A DNA stretch of 31,867 nt from a virus (IMGVR_UViG_3300042914_001395:1-31867); one strand, 5' to 3'. Positions 1 to 6,621 are shown, counted from the first letter of the stretch. The notes: generated by a model not told the origin, from the letters alone. Numbers and translations: made by a program.

Positions 1-58
1 TTATATAACGTGCAAAACACAGTAAATGGGATAGGTATATGGGACCCAATGTCAATTT

Positions 59-93
59 GGGGGGTGGGGTAGTAGTGGGGTTTGGGGTTAGGG
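59..93 (+). other. G-rich tract matching a G-quadruplex pattern
   Basis: GGGGGG-T-GGGG-TAGTAGT-GGGG-TTT-GGGG-TTA-GGG: four runs of at least 4 G with 1-7 nt loops, plus a fifth G3 run. Confidence 0.5.
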
Positions 94-133
94 AATCCCT
101 ATCAGATGCCGATTATTGATAGAAATAAATGTG

Positions 134-163
134 TTGAACTAGTAGACTACAATGTGTTCTAAT
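134..163 (+). promoter_or_regulatory. sigma70-type early promoter P1
   Basis: TTGAAC(134-139)-18 nt-TCTAAT(158-163) with TG extension. The 26-bp block 143-168 is identical to 1394-1419. A 5' hairpin (169-192) and an RBS follow. Confidence 0.7.
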
Positions 164-209
164 GTAGTACACCAAGCAATAGTGCTGGGTGTTTTCAAGG
201 GGAATTGAA

Positions 210-353
210 ATGAGAACTATGAACATATGGGATTTAAAAGACGACCTGCGCCGATATGGTTTTTGGTATTGCGTGTGGGTAGGTAATAGTCTGTGGGACA
301 TCTTTGTGGCTTCAAGGATGAATCGTCACATCAATGTTTTAAAGGGGAACTAA
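210..353 (+). CDS. small early protein, 47 aa (MRTMNIWDLKDD...), not in ORF track
   Basis: AAGGGGAA RBS at 197-204, ATG 210, stop abuts the next gene. Confidence 0.65.
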   Translation: MRTMNIWDLKDDLRRYGFWYCVWVGNSLWDIFVASRMNRHINVLKGN

Positions 354-354
354 T

Positions 355-636
355 ATGAACTCAGAAATTCGCGTATGGCCCAGCGGAGTAATGTACTCAG
401 GTACTGATGCCGTCTCAATGTACCGGGCAATCACAGTGAAGGTAGCAATCGAAACCTACGCTAGAACTAAGATGCGCATGACCCGCAACGCAACGCCTAC
501 CGTACTGTTAGGGATCGCTGGAGAGTACACCGGCAAAAAATATAAACGCGGGCAATATGATCAGGCCGCGCAGGACCTAAACATATGGATTGAAACCATG
601 CGGGCCGCAATGCCCGTCACAGTGGAAGGGGAATAA
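355..636 (+). CDS. hypothetical early phage protein, 93 aa
   Basis: AAGGGGAA RBS at 342-349, tight packing. Confidence 0.8.
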   Translation: MNSEIRVWPSGVMYSGTDAVSMYRAITVKVAIETYARTKMRMTRNATPTVLLGIAGEYTGKKYKRGQYDQAAQDLNIWIETMRAAMPVTVEGE

Positions 637-637
637 C

Positions 638-934
638 ATGAAGAAAGTATTTGATTTTATTTCGGACCCCGGGCACGGCTGGGTGAAAGTGCCCAAGACT
701 ATGCTAACCGATTTATGTATATCGGAAACAATATCGCACTATTCCTATATGCGCGGAACATATGCGTATCTCGAGGAAGACTGCGATGCATCTCTGTTTC
801 ACCTGTCATACGAAAAGTGTTTTGGTTATCCACCGAAATATCGGGAGCGCAATGCCCGCGAGAAACAATCCCGCATTCGCGGGTATGCAATCTACGACCC
901 AAAGAATCTTTGGAATCCACAATTCGACAAATAA
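638..934 (+). CDS. conserved phage hypothetical protein (DPGHGW...YLEEDCD), 98 aa
   Basis: RBS 626-633 and ATG 638 (track start 590 overlaps the previous gene). Motifs are typical of a common phage early family. Confidence 0.8.
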   Translation: MKKVFDFISDPGHGWVKVPKTMLTDLCISETISHYSYMRGTYAYLEEDCDASLFHLSYEKCFGYPPKYRERNAREKQSRIRGYAIYDPKNLWNPQFDK

Positions 935-944
935 GGGGAATACT

Positions 945-1175
945 ATGAGCAATTACAACGGCTGGACAAATTACGCTACTTGGCGCGTTAACTTGGAATT
1001 TTTTGATGACGGCGCGGCAGAGTATTACACCACTCCGGACGAATGCCGCGACTATGTGCAGTCGGTCATAGAAGAACAATCGGAAGGTGTTGCGTTAGAT
1101 TACGCGATGGCTTTTATCTCGGAAGTAAATTGGCACGAGATAACAGAGAATCACAAAGAAGACACCACCACCTAA
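945..1175 (+). CDS. conserved phage hypothetical protein (YNGWTNYxTW motif), 76 aa
   Basis: RBS 933-940 and ATG 945, in frame with track ORF 762..1175. Acidic, with a recognisable N-terminal motif. Confidence 0.8.
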   Translation: MSNYNGWTNYATWRVNLEFFDDGAAEYYTTPDECRDYVQSVIEEQSEGVALDYAMAFISEVNWHEITENHKEDTTT

Positions 1176-1187
1176 GATTTTCCCCTG

Positions 1188-1221
1188 AACCCCGCAGAAC
1201 ATCGCGGGGTTTTTTATTTTT
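1188..1221 (+). terminator. intrinsic terminator of early unit 1
   Basis: AACCCCGC-8 nt loop-GCGGGGTT followed by a T-run. Confidence 0.85.
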
Positions 1222-1234
1222 CCAAAAATTTTTT

Positions 1235-1349
1235 TGATGATAGTTTTTTACTGCCTACGGGGAGCGCAGTCGGGGAGCGGGTTTATTGGGAAAATTTCCC
1301 CATGATGATAGTTTTTTAATGCCTACGGGGAGCGCAGTCGGGGAGCGGG
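1235..1349 (+). repeat. two direct 47-bp repeats (1235-1281, 1303-1349)
   Basis: TGATGATAGTTTTTTA(C/A)TGCCTACGGGGAGCGCAGTCGGGGAGCGGG, one mismatch between copies. Confidence 0.95.
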
Positions 1350-1385
1350 CGCGGGGAATTCCCCAAAAAATTTTTTAAAAATATA

Positions 1386-1414
1386 TTGAACTTTAGACTA
1401 CAATGTGTTCTAAT
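1386..1414 (+). promoter_or_regulatory. sigma70-type early promoter P2 (copy of P1)
   Basis: TTGAAC(1386-1391)-17 nt-TCTAAT(1409-1414) with TG extension and an upstream A/T tract. Confidence 0.75.
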
Positions 1415-1444
1415 GTAGTGTAGTTAAACTTTAAGGGGAACTAA

Positions 1445-2083
1445 ATGCAATTTAAGACACTCGATGCCGCACTGAGATATGTCGGCGGAATTTCCACCAC
1501 ATCAAAAATGCCCTGCCCGTCCTACGGGCTGTCGGCCCACCAGTGCATCACTGGCGCGCGGTTGGCAGAAATCGAAGGGTCCACCTGTTCAGACTGTTAT
1601 GCCCTGAAGGGTTTTTATGGCGACTGGAATAAAAATCTCCACCATGCTCACGCGCAGCGGGCCGCGTCGCTTTACCAGCCATTATGGGTTGACGCGATGG
1701 TTTTTATTATTACCCGGAAAAAATTAGATTATTTCCGCTGGCACGATAGCGGGGATATTCAGTCCTTTCAGCACCTTTTGAATATTGTGTCAGTTGCGGA
1801 AAAGTGCCCGGGTACAAAGTTTTGGATGCCTACCCGGGAAAAGAAATTTATTTTTCAGTATACCGAGACATTCGGGGATTTTCCGAAAAACCTAATTGTC
1901 CGGGTATCCGCGACCATGATGGACACTCCAGCCAGCCCGGAATTTAAAAATACCAGCACTGTCCACCGGGACAAAAAACCTATCGGGTTCACATGCCTAT
2001 CGTCCAAGCAAGAAGGGAAATGCTTGGATTGTCGGGAATGCTGGAATCCAAAACGTAAAAATGTATCTTATGCCTACCACTGA
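1445..2083 (+). CDS. Gp88-like phage protein (Cys-rich, possibly metal/Fe-S binding)
   Basis: TSKMPC, CxxCYAxKG, YFRWHDSGD, FWxPTRE and C-terminal CxDCRxCW motifs match the 'gene product 88' family. Confidence 0.8.
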   Translation: MQFKTLDAALRYVGGISTTSKMPCPSYGLSAHQCITGARLAEIEGSTCSDCYALKGFYGDWNKNLHHAHAQRAASLYQPLWVDAMVFIITRKKLDYFRWHDSGDIQSFQHLLNIVSVAEKCPGTKFWMPTREKKFIFQYTETFGDFPKNLIVRVSATMMDTPASPEFKNTSTVHRDKKPIGFTCLSSKQEGKCLDCRECWNPKRKNVSYAYH

Positions 2084-2096
2084 AAGGGGAACCACC

Positions 2097-2321
2097 ATGT
2101 CACGACCGATCCACGAAATAGCCTACGAAATCCGCAGGGTTTGGAAAAACCCTTATTTCGGCGCAGTGCCCTACCTTGACGCTATGTGCGGCTTGTCCAG
2201 TATCAGCGACAAATGCGGGTTCGATGATGCCCGCTCAATAATCCTTTACTTTCTCAGTAATGCCCGGGGTTTTAAGGGTGATGATGCGAAACGAATAAAG
2301 GCCGAATTGAAGGCCCTATAG
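2097..2321 (+). CDS. conserved phage hypothetical protein, 74 aa
   Basis: RBS 2084-2091, ATG 2097. RPIxEIAxEI..W..PYFGAVPYLxAM...YFLSNA motif. Confidence 0.8.
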   Translation: MSRPIHEIAYEIRRVWKNPYFGAVPYLDAMCGLSSISDKCGFDDARSIILYFLSNARGFKGDDAKRIKAELKAL

Positions 2322-2339
2322 ATTTTCCCCCGCAGTACT

Positions 2340-2367
2340 GGCCCGGGTATCCCCCGGGCCTTTTTTT
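2340..2367 (+). terminator. intrinsic terminator of early unit 2
   Basis: GGCCCGGG-TATCC-CCCGGGCC followed by T7. Confidence 0.9.
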
Positions 2368-2392
2368 ACCCTCTCCCGCCCGCGTGCGGGCT

Positions 2393-2511
2393 TGATGATA
2401 GTTTTTTATCGCCTACGGGGAGTGCCCGGGGAGTCGCAGTCGGGGAGGCAAATCCTAGCCTTTTGGGCGGGATCTTGCCCTTGATGATAGTTTTTTACTG
2501 CCTACGGGGAG
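2393..2511 (+). repeat. third and fourth copies of the TGATGATAG...CCTACGGGGAG repeat (30-bp core at 2393-2422 and 2482-2511)
   Basis: Core TGATGATAGTTTTTTANNGCCTACGGGGAG conserved. Copy 3 continues with ...CGCAGTCGGGGAG to 2447. Confidence 0.95.
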
Positions 2512-2533
2512 GGTCCGGGAATTCCCGGAAAAC

Positions 2534-2872
2534 ATAAAGTTCCTAATGTTCCATAAAGTTCTGAACAATGTAAAGTCGCTGGAACTTTACGCAGAGCCAG
2601 CACTGGCGCGGGTCGGCAGGGGATTATTGATATATATAGTTACTTAGTTACTTAATAATAATAATAATAAACAGCAAAATTCTATTTTCTCTGTACTACG
2701 TTGTATTTCTATGTACTGTTTTTTTGTGGTTTTTCTCTCTTTTTCGCTCTCTACGCTAGAAATCCCGGAACGAAGTAACTTTATCCCAAAAATCCCTCGC
2801 AAACCCGCGCCCACATTGGCTCTCATAAAGTTCCAGCCCTCCAGAACTTTATAGCCCACCAAGTAACTTTAC
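2534..2872. repeat. long imperfect inverted repeat flanking an AT-rich core; candidate replication origin
   Basis: 2578-2629 matches the reverse complement of 2787-2837 at about 40 of 52 positions. Repeated TAAAGTT/AACTTTA and AGTTACTT/AAGTAACT motifs on both arms. The core has (TAA)6 and a T-rich tract, and there is no credible ORF. Confidence 0.7.
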
Positions 2873-2992
2873 CCCCCATTTCAGAACAATGCAGATGACA
2901 TCGTATATCGCCTGTAGTACAATACACTACGTAGTCACACAGGAACTTTCTACAACATCCAGTGTCACACGTCGCATGTCTTTCGTATTTTC

Positions 2993-3021
2993 TTGACATA
3001 CTTTGAAATACAAACTACAAT
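2993..3021 (+). promoter_or_regulatory. sigma70 promoter P3
   Basis: TTGACA-17 nt-TACAAT. Confidence 0.85.
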
Positions 3022-3062
3022 ACAACACGCTACATTTACTTACATTTGAAGGAACACAAAGC

Positions 3063-3275
3063 ATGACAAAGAACCTCGTTGTAACTCTACGTTTACCTAC
3101 AGAAACTTACGCTGAAATACAACGTATTTCGAAATCAGAGGACATCCCCATGTCTTTTGTAATCAGGCGTGCTCTAAAGAAGGGCCTTGCATTCGGATCC
3201 ACTACACAAACAGCCAAAGCAGTCACCCCTGCCGACGCTAGCAAGACCGAAGAGATCAGTGAGTCGTGGGAGTGA
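3063..3275 (+). CDS. ribbon-helix-helix (CopG/Arc-like) DNA-binding protein, 70 aa
   Basis: GAAGGA RBS and ATG 3063. VVTLRLP beta strand, then a helix and a 'SFVIRRAL' helix, the RHH pattern. Confidence 0.8.
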   Translation: MTKNLVVTLRLPTETYAEIQRISKSEDIPMSFVIRRALKKGLAFGSTTQTAKAVTPADASKTEEISESWE

Positions 3276-3295
3276 GGGTTAGGGAAAACCCCTAC

Positions 3296-3324
3296 TTGAC
3301 AAAGCGAACACGATGTATTACAAT
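3296..3324 (+). promoter_or_regulatory. sigma70 promoter P4
   Basis: TTGACA-17 nt-TACAAT, followed by a 5' hairpin (3331-3355) and a GAGGAG RBS. Confidence 0.85.
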
Positions 3325-3377
3325 GTAGTCTGAGTAGGGTAATCTCACCCACTCAAAACCTACGAGGAGATGTGCAA

Positions 3378-3680
3378 ATGAGTAAAGAAAACCATAGCGA
3401 AGAGTTCCACTTTTTTGCATCCAGCGTCGCTGATTGGATAGTCACCACCGACACCCGGACCCTGCCGGACCTGATCGAGTTCATGGATAAAGCAGGGTAT
3501 CCGTACAGCCTTTGGATGGTTCCCGGCAACTGGGACAGCAACTACGAGATCAAGTGGTATGCGCCACAGGTCGAGGGGGCCAAGTTCCTAGGGCACTTCA
3601 AAGCACCCAAAGAGCGCAGAAAAGAGGCCAAACAGTGCGAGAAGGCCCAGGCTAAACTGAAGGTTTTAGAGGTCGCATAA
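3378..3680 (+). CDS. hypothetical phage protein, 100 aa
   Basis: RBS GAGGAG at 3364-3369. ATG 3378 is better spaced than GTG 3372. Confidence 0.8.
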   Translation: MSKENHSEEFHFFASSVADWIVTTDTRTLPDLIEFMDKAGYPYSLWMVPGNWDSNYEIKWYAPQVEGAKFLGHFKAPKERRKEAKQCEKAQAKLKVLEVA

Positions 3681-3682
3681 CC

Positions 3683-3712
3683 AAGAAAAAGAGGGGGACT
3701 TATCTCCCCCTC
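3683..3712 (-). terminator. GC hairpin with its T-tract on the minus strand (possibly bidirectional terminator)
   Basis: AAGAAAAA-GAGGGGGA-CTTATC-TCCCCCTC. Confidence 0.5.
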
Positions 3713-3777
3713 GACTTTACAAAATAAAGTTTTGAACTACAATGAAATCTAGCAGTCAGAAAAATAAAGGAGAGCGC

Positions 3778-3894
3778 ATGAGAGAGTTTGCAGAGTTTTT
3801 GCGGATGTTAAACGACGCACTGGGGCTGATAGCGATAGCGTTTTGCGTCTATTTCTTGGCCTGTATTGTGATGGGAAGGGGGGAGGACAAATGA
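3778..3894 (+). CDS. small membrane protein, 38 aa (not in track)
   Basis: AAGGAGAG RBS, hydrophobic ALGLIAIAFCVYFLACIVM, ATGA overlap with the next gene. Confidence 0.65.
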   Translation: MREFAEFLRMLNDALGLIAIAFCVYFLACIVMGRGEDK

Positions 3895-4079
3895 TGGTGG
3901 AGAACGCGCTAGAAATAATGAAGTTGTGCGAGGAGAACTTAAATTTAGGGGAGGGCGAGGCCGCCCAAAGCATGGCGATGGCGGCGGCTATGTTAGCCGG
4001 GAATGATCACAATGTTTTGGGGTTAATAAAAATGATGTTGGAAACCTACGAGGTAATAAAAGAGGGGGATGACAAATGA
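3891..4079 (+). CDS. hypothetical protein, 62 aa
   Basis: GGAGG RBS, ATGA coupling at both ends. Confidence 0.75.
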   Translation: MMVENALEIMKLCEENLNLGEGEAAQSMAMAAAMLAGNDHNVLGLIKMMLETYEVIKEGDDK

Positions 4080-4261
4080 AGACGTTTCAGATATTCCGCA
4101 CTGTTTCCTACGAGTATTTTATTGAGGCCGAGACCGAGGCAGAGGCAATTATGAAAATGGACAAGGGGTATGTAAAACCGACAGACGAGACGGAATTATC
4201 CATGAACATAGCCGACACCCATGACGGGGTTGACTGGGAAAACGAAAAGGTGAACGTATGA
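4076..4261 (+). CDS. hypothetical protein (IEAETEAEA motif), 61 aa
   Basis: ATGA coupling, common small phage motif. Confidence 0.75.
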   Translation: MKTFQIFRTVSYEYFIEAETEAEAIMKMDKGYVKPTDETELSMNIADTHDGVDWENEKVNV

Positions 4262-4461
4262 GAGTTCTAGTTTATGTTGAATGCGGGTCGTTAGACGATC
4301 TAGACGGAACCCTTGGGTTGGGTGTAGACGAGGGCACAATCGAAAAATATGCGGCCTTAACAGTAGACGGTTCTCCAATTGTCTACGAGATCGGGCAAGA
4401 CTCCGCTCCCGAAAGTCTTTCGGGTATGGCAATTCGATGCGCCGGGATAACAGAAGAATAG
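4258..4461 (+). CDS. hypothetical acidic protein, 67 aa
   Basis: ATGA coupling. Confidence 0.7.
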   Translation: MRVLVYVECGSLDDLDGTLGLGVDEGTIEKYAALTVDGSPIVYEIGQDSAPESLSGMAIRCAGITEE

Positions 4462-4471
4462 GGGGCCAATA

Positions 4472-4663
4472 ATGAACACGCTAGGCCGCACCAATAAATT
4501 GACTGACCAAAACCTAATGGACTACGCATGGCGGCTGGGCTACCAACTAAGCCCGGAGGACTGCGACGAGATCAGGATAACCGCGTACTCAGGTGAGACC
4601 GTGGCCCACGCAGTGAAGGACTTTCTGTCTGCATATGAGGTCCCGGGGAGGTGGTACGTATGA
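4472..4663 (+). CDS. hypothetical protein, 63 aa
   Basis: AGGGGG RBS, tight packing. Confidence 0.7.
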   Translation: MNTLGRTNKLTDQNLMDYAWRLGYQLSPEDCDEIRITAYSGETVAHAVKDFLSAYEVPGRWYV

Positions 4664-4839
4664 GCGATGGATTTTGTTCAGAGTGCCGCAAGCCCTGCGT
4701 CAAAGTTAGCCGGGACTATGGCATAGGATCCTACGAATACTGGGGAGCCACCGGGGTCCACCACAATTGGCAGACCGTATCGGAGTGTTGCGAAGAGGAT
4801 GTACTGGAAGAAATCGAAGACGAGGAGAACGAAGAATGA
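4660..4839 (+). CDS. small Cys-rich putative zinc-ribbon protein, 59 aa
   Basis: CSECxxxC...SECC, ATGA coupling, GGAGG RBS. Confidence 0.75.
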   Translation: MSDGFCSECRKPCVKVSRDYGIGSYEYWGATGVHHNWQTVSECCEEDVLEEIEDEENEE

Positions 4840-5198
4840 AAGCATACTTAATTGACCCATTTGCCCGGACCATCACAGAGGTCGAGTACAACGGGGACTA
4901 CAACGAGATCTACAAACTAATAGACTGCGATGTATTCGCCTGTGTGGATATTGACTACGAGGGCAACACGGTCTTTATCGATGACGAGGGGCTGATCACT
5001 GGCAAGGAGCAGGAGTTTTTCAACATCACGCACGAGGAGCAGGGGGCATCCCAGCCACTGGCGGGTAGGGGGCTGGTGCTTGGGACCAACGAGGAAGGGG
5101 AGTCAGTTGCGCCCAGCCTGACCATCGAGGAACTCCGCAAGCGGGTGAAGTTTATCCCGCTACCACTACTACAGCAGTTTATTCACGAGGGGATGTAA
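4836..5198 (+). CDS. DUF3846-like phage protein, 120 aa
   Basis: MKAYLIDP...FIDDEGL...PLAGRGLVLG..EEGES pattern. ATG 4836 with GAGGAG RBS. Confidence 0.75.
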   Translation: MKAYLIDPFARTITEVEYNGDYNEIYKLIDCDVFACVDIDYEGNTVFIDDEGLITGKEQEFFNITHEEQGASQPLAGRGLVLGTNEEGESVAPSLTIEELRKRVKFIPLPLLQQFIHEGM

Positions 5199-5348
5199 AT
5201 GGATAAAGAAATCGAAGACGAAGTCGAGGTGCATGGGATCTGCTCCGAGTGCAAGGAGCACTGCTCGGGCATGCTGGTCGAAGAAGAGGACACGTACTCC
5301 GAATGTTGCGGCGCGGAAGTTTATAACTACGAAAGGGGAGAAGGATGA
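5199..5348 (+). CDS. small Cys-rich protein, 49 aa, paralogous to 4660..4839 (not in track)
   Basis: MDKEIEDEVEVHGICSECKEHC...YSECCGAEV. Fills the gap exactly. Confidence 0.75.
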   Translation: MDKEIEDEVEVHGICSECKEHCSGMLVEEEDTYSECCGAEVYNYERGEG

Positions 5349-5530
5349 GGATCGTCTACATTATCGCCCGGGACAACAAAGAGGAGATCACCATACCCAG
5401 TAAGGAGAGCGTGTACTACTCACCATACCCGGCGTTCCTCTCCCGACAGGCGGCGCAGAAGTACATCGAGGCACTGGGGTTCGACGAGAGCCATAACCTA
5501 GTTATTGCCGAATTATTTTTAGGGGAGTGA
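5345..5530 (+). CDS. hypothetical protein, 61 aa
   Basis: ATGA coupling, RBS. Confidence 0.7.
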   Translation: MRIVYIIARDNKEEITIPSKESVYYSPYPAFLSRQAAQKYIEALGFDESHNLVIAELFLGE

Positions 5531-5531
5531 T

Positions 5532-5789
5532 ATGAACTTTGATACAAGAGTGGAAGTGTGGTTCGGCGAGATGGATGAGGGGACATTTAAGTACGCTGGG
5601 TCGGACCCGGAGGACACGATGATCATCCACGTTATCCATGAGAGAAGGCACTTTGAGTTTGGTGATACCTTGATGGACCAAATCCAAGAGTACATGGACA
5701 GGAACGGACACCTCGATTTTGTGATCCCAACGCAGTACAGGGGGCGCATAGTATTCTCAAACTACTTCTTTAAGCGGATGGTTCCGTGA
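5532..5789 (+). CDS. hypothetical protein, 85 aa
   Basis: AGGGGAGTG RBS, packing. Confidence 0.75.
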   Translation: MNFDTRVEVWFGEMDEGTFKYAGSDPEDTMIIHVIHERRHFEFGDTLMDQIQEYMDRNGHLDFVIPTQYRGRIVFSNYFFKRMVP

Positions 5790-6004
5790 ACAAACCCGTT
5801 GAAAACACATACCTGAAGTTGCTAAATCGGCTCGAAGATATGCTCCAAGACGAAGAGATAGACAACATCATCCCGGCACTGACTACTCTCTTGGCACAGG
5901 CTGGGTGGCTGTCTACGAGGGACAAGAAAGTCTTTGTGGCCTACGTGGTCAACGCGATAGATCGGACCTATGAAGTTATGGAAAAGAAAAGGAAGAACCA
6001 ATGA
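5786..6004 (+). CDS. hypothetical protein, 72 aa
   Basis: GTGA coupling. Confidence 0.7.
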   Translation: MNKPVENTYLKLLNRLEDMLQDEEIDNIIPALTTLLAQAGWLSTRDKKVFVAYVVNAIDRTYEVMEKKRKNQ

Positions 6005-6135
6005 TAAACAAAACGAACTGGTGGTATGAGTCAGGGCAAGCCGCCGAAGCGGCGCAAGAATTAGTATGGTTTGTCGTGATTGTTTTTGTTGGTGTTGGTG
6101 TAATCCTATGGTTAAATGATCGCAAAAATAAATAG
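6001..6135 (+). CDS. small single-TM membrane protein, 44 aa (not in track)
   Basis: ATGA coupling, LVWFVVIVFVGVGVILWL followed by a basic tail. Confidence 0.7.
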   Translation: MINKTNWWYESGQAAEAAQELVWFVVIVFVGVGVILWLNDRKNK

Positions 6136-6144
6136 GAGAGTGAG

Positions 6145-6621
6145 ATGAAATCTTTTGATCAAGACTTAGCATGGCTGGAATATCGCGATGTCTTAGAAAA
6201 TGGTGGAGGTAACTGCCCCTGTTGTCAGAGGTGGGGCAAGATCAATGGCTATCAAATCACCAGCACACAGGTGCGGGGCATGATTTGGATGTTCCAAAAT
6301 TTTTTCGAAGACGAGTGGGTTGACTTAGGCAAAGCACCGAAGTGGGTGTTGAGATCAAAGTCGATGGCTACCCTGCACCACTGGGGTCTACTCGAAACAA
6401 AGAAAAATGCGGACAAAAAGGTACGGGGTTCTGGTCTATGGCGGTTGACCCCGTTAGGCCGGGACTTTATACACCGCCATATCACACTGCCGAAGTATGC
6501 GTTTGTATTTAATAACCGGCTGGAGAAGTATTCCGAAGAACAGGTGGATGTTGTTCAAGCATTGGGTAAAAAGTTTTCATATGAAGAGTTAATGAATACA
6601 ACATACGAAGCCACAAAATAG
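6145..6621 (+). CDS. putative DNA-binding protein (CPCC knuckle plus winged-helix-like WRLTPLG), 158 aa
   Basis: AGGAGAGTG RBS, motif pattern. Confidence 0.7.
   Translation: MKSFDQDLAWLEYRDVLENGGGNCPCCQRWGKINGYQITSTQVRGMIWMFQNFFEDEWVDLGKAPKWVLRSKSMATLHHWGLLETKKNADKKVRGSGLWRLTPLGRDFIHRHITLPKYAFVFNNRLEKYSEEQVDVVQALGKKFSYEELMNTTYEATK

Noticed and set aside
1235-2511. CRISPR array interpretation of the 30-47-bp repeats (with a Cas4-like nuclease in the genome)
   Set aside because: There are only two pairs 1.1 kb apart, with unequal, partly palindromic spacers and no leader or cas operon. The PD-(D/E)XK gene sits in a normal phage replication module.
2506-2513. KOPS-like GGGGAGGG in repeat copy 4
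   Set aside because: Only one of eight CGGGGAG copies matches GGGNAGGG, which is not enough to call KOPS.
2644-2862. 72-aa minus-strand ORF in the origin-like region
   Set aside because: Translates the inverted repeat and (TAA)n tract (poly-Leu end), with no RBS.
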